A DNA stretch of 64,000 nucleotides from Perkinsela sp. CCAP 1560/9. Lineage: Eukaryota; Protista; Euglenozoa: Kinetoplastea. The notes beneath the pieces are model-generated. The model was not told the DNA's origin, did no database searches, and saw only the letters and a list, made by a program, of their open reading frames with translations. Below, one piece after another: positions 62,073 through 64,000 of the stretch (position 1 is its first letter; each line of letters starts with the position of its first letter). Made by a program: the position numbers and the translations under genes. Location of the stretch: NCBI GenBank assembly GCA_965644495.1, contig CBFFSA010000001.1:2976001-3040000 (forward strand). The letters are read 5' to 3'.

Positions 62073-62957
62073 TACATGTATTGATTTTTCCTCTCTCGAA
62101 AATTTTCTATCTCTGACTTTTTTGTTTCACCATGCAAATATTAGTGGGACAAAAATTAATATTTGTATGCGTCCTACACTTACACAATGAATGGAACCAT
62201 TAAAAAATTTTGGACGACAGTAAAAATTCAGTGTAATTAGTCTTTGGGAAAATTCGTTGGATTTCTTCGTCGCAAAGGTCGGAAACAACTGAAGAAGCAT
62301 CACCGCTGAGTCCGGGGGTGGTTTTAGTTGAAAGCAGGTTGTAGTTACACGGACCAACATCCCCCCCCGAGGGAAAACAACTAGAATGTGACGAGTTCAC
62401 ATTCGAAATTCGTTCGATTTTGGAAAGCTAAACCAAACCGTTGACTTCCGAAATAATCGTCCAAGCATGCTAGCGTCGTACCGAGATATTGTCACCAGAA
62501 ATCGCTTTCGAGAATCGCGATTATTCCCTGTACGGGTAATTTTCTTGACGTAAACAAAACTTGCAATTTTTTTACTCGCAAAAACTATCCAACCTTCATG
62601 GCTGGACACACCTCTTTTTCATCTTCGAAAGGCCTTCGTGAGCACTATCTGTGGGTATGAAAATACGTCGCTACGAAAAGGAGAATACAAGGGTATAGCT
62701 CTGCAACTGCCATTGTTAGAGTTCGATGACACCGTCAATCAGGCAGCCAATGAATTGCAAAGGTACCACGGTCAGCTACAAGGACAGGGAATTGGGAAGA
62801 ACGAACGAAGGGCGCATATCCTTTTCGAACTTTCTCGACGAATATCCTAGATATCAGTGAACAGAATAGAGTACTCCTTCCCGAAGAGGAATCGCATATT
62901 GTACTGTGAGAACTTATTCGGTCTATAAACGTTGGACTTCCTGCCACCTGGACAAGC

Positions 62958-64000
62958 CTACTGCCACCTGGACTTTCGAATCCATTCTTTAAATACCCCA
63001 TAGGATCTGAACTCTTTCACTGCGTCGGAATATTCGTTGGACTCATCTTTCATTTCTCCTCTTGTCGGACCCGTAACAGGGCACGTACGAAGGGTGCGGC
63101 TTATTGTCAGTGACTCACTCGACGCATACTTCCAGGCTCTGTCCTTCATTTTCTCGGAGCTCACTGTGCTATGTGAGCTAGGACAGTTTCTACGTTTTCT
63201 CGTCGCACCCATTAACATACCGTGTTTGGAGTCAATACGCTCATACAGGGGTGGCACATCTCGCGACCACAGCTCCGAATATGAACGCAAGGACAAGGGG
63301 ATCCCCTCGTGTATACAATCTACGCAATCCCGAAAGCAGGGTACCGAACCGACCACCGCTATACTTCGCAATGTCGAAGACGACGATGCATGGGTCCATA
63401 GCACATCGCTATCATTTTCTTCCCTTAACCTGCATTTACTGTTCCTCTCTCCTTTCCCTGCTCCAGAAAGTCTTCCCCAGAAAGCTCTCTCCAGTGCCGG
63501 TCGCTCCACAAGTTCGGAATGTGTCGTATGGACCACGAGGTACTCTAAATTGAGTTTTATGCCGCACAACGCTAGCAGAGCTCCCTGCAATCCCACAACT
63601 CCCCATTTGGCGATCTTATCCGAGCACGACATGCTGTGGCTGGGATGCCCACGACCGGGTTTCGTACGGACCAGTCCGGGGAGGAAATCGGAGGGATCGC
63701 CATGGGGAGCAATCATCTGGTTGTGGAGGGCATGGGCCCCCGTGGTGGGTCGTTTGCGGAGAGTACCGCCGGGTGGGCAAGTAGCTCCAGAACGCAGTTT
63801 CTCCGGATGAACGCTCTCTACAGGGATGTTATCCCATTCTTCACTCGTCTCTTTTTCCGCACTCTCACCTGAGACAATCTTTATTTTCCTTTTCTTGACG
63901 CTCCCTCCATCGATTTGGACATCATCCTCAAATTCCCTACCCGTCTCTTCTCGTATCTCCGGGACACACGCATCCCCACACGGGGGGTGGGATACGTACA
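62958..64000 (-). CDS. ADAT1: tRNA-specific adenosine deaminase 1-like (ADAR-fold), 5'-partial
   Basis: The frame is open from 63998 and reads [14 protein letters not shown] and [31 protein letters not shown]. Confidence 0.8.
   Translation of the reverse strand, partial: YVSHPPCGDACVPEIREETGREFEDDVQIDGGSVKKRKIKIVSGESAEKETSEEWDNIPVESVHPEKLRSGATCPPGGTLRKRPTTGAHALHNQMIAPHGDPSDFLPGLVRTKPGRGHPSHSMSCSDKIAKWGVVGLQGALLALCGIKLNLEYLVVHTTHSELVERPALERAFWGRLSGAGKGERNSKCRLREENDSDVLWTHASSSSTLRSIAVVGSVPCFRDCVDCIHEGIPLSLRSYSELWSRDVPPLYERIDSKHGMLMGATRKRRNCPSSHSTVSSEKMKDRAWKYASSESLTISRTLRTCPVTGPTRGEMKDESNEYSDAVKEFRSYGVFKEWIRKSRWQ

Noticed and set aside
1-64000. Bacterial origin of the contig because of IS30 and intronless genes
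   Set aside because: MCM3, RPS11, the proteasome subunit, kinetoplastid COX IV and snoRNAs are eukaryotic. Single-strand intronless clusters are normal for kinetoplastids.

Overview
Eukaryotic nuclear DNA from a kinetoplastid, most likely a Perkinsela-like prokinetoplastid. Evidence: a kinetoplastid-type cytochrome c oxidase subunit IV, a proteasome beta1 with the trypanosomatid-like C-terminal tail, about 25 intronless genes all on the minus strand (one polycistronic cluster), and repeated snoRNA clusters. Housekeeping genes recognised from motifs include Clp1, a RAD51 paralog, RTF2, PSMB6/PRE3, RPS11, MCM3, ADAT1, a NEMP-like, a DnaJ, a PPR and a GGQ release-factor protein. The spacers are dense in DNA transposons: an apparently complete bacterial-type IS30 element with triple subterminal repeats, a complete Tc1-like element with DD32E spacing, Tc1, Merlin and other remnants, and many TA-flanked MITEs. 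The 325-bp tandem repeat at 44.5-45.6 kb is a C/D plus H/ACA-like snoRNA array. The most unusual signal is a pair of diverged, GC-rich, highly structured non-coding elements (45.6-46.17 kb and 58.26-58.62 kb). They share three conserved motifs and a long arm in which direct-repeat motifs face each other as symmetric internal loops. All assignments come from reading motifs by eye; no database searches or folding programs were run.
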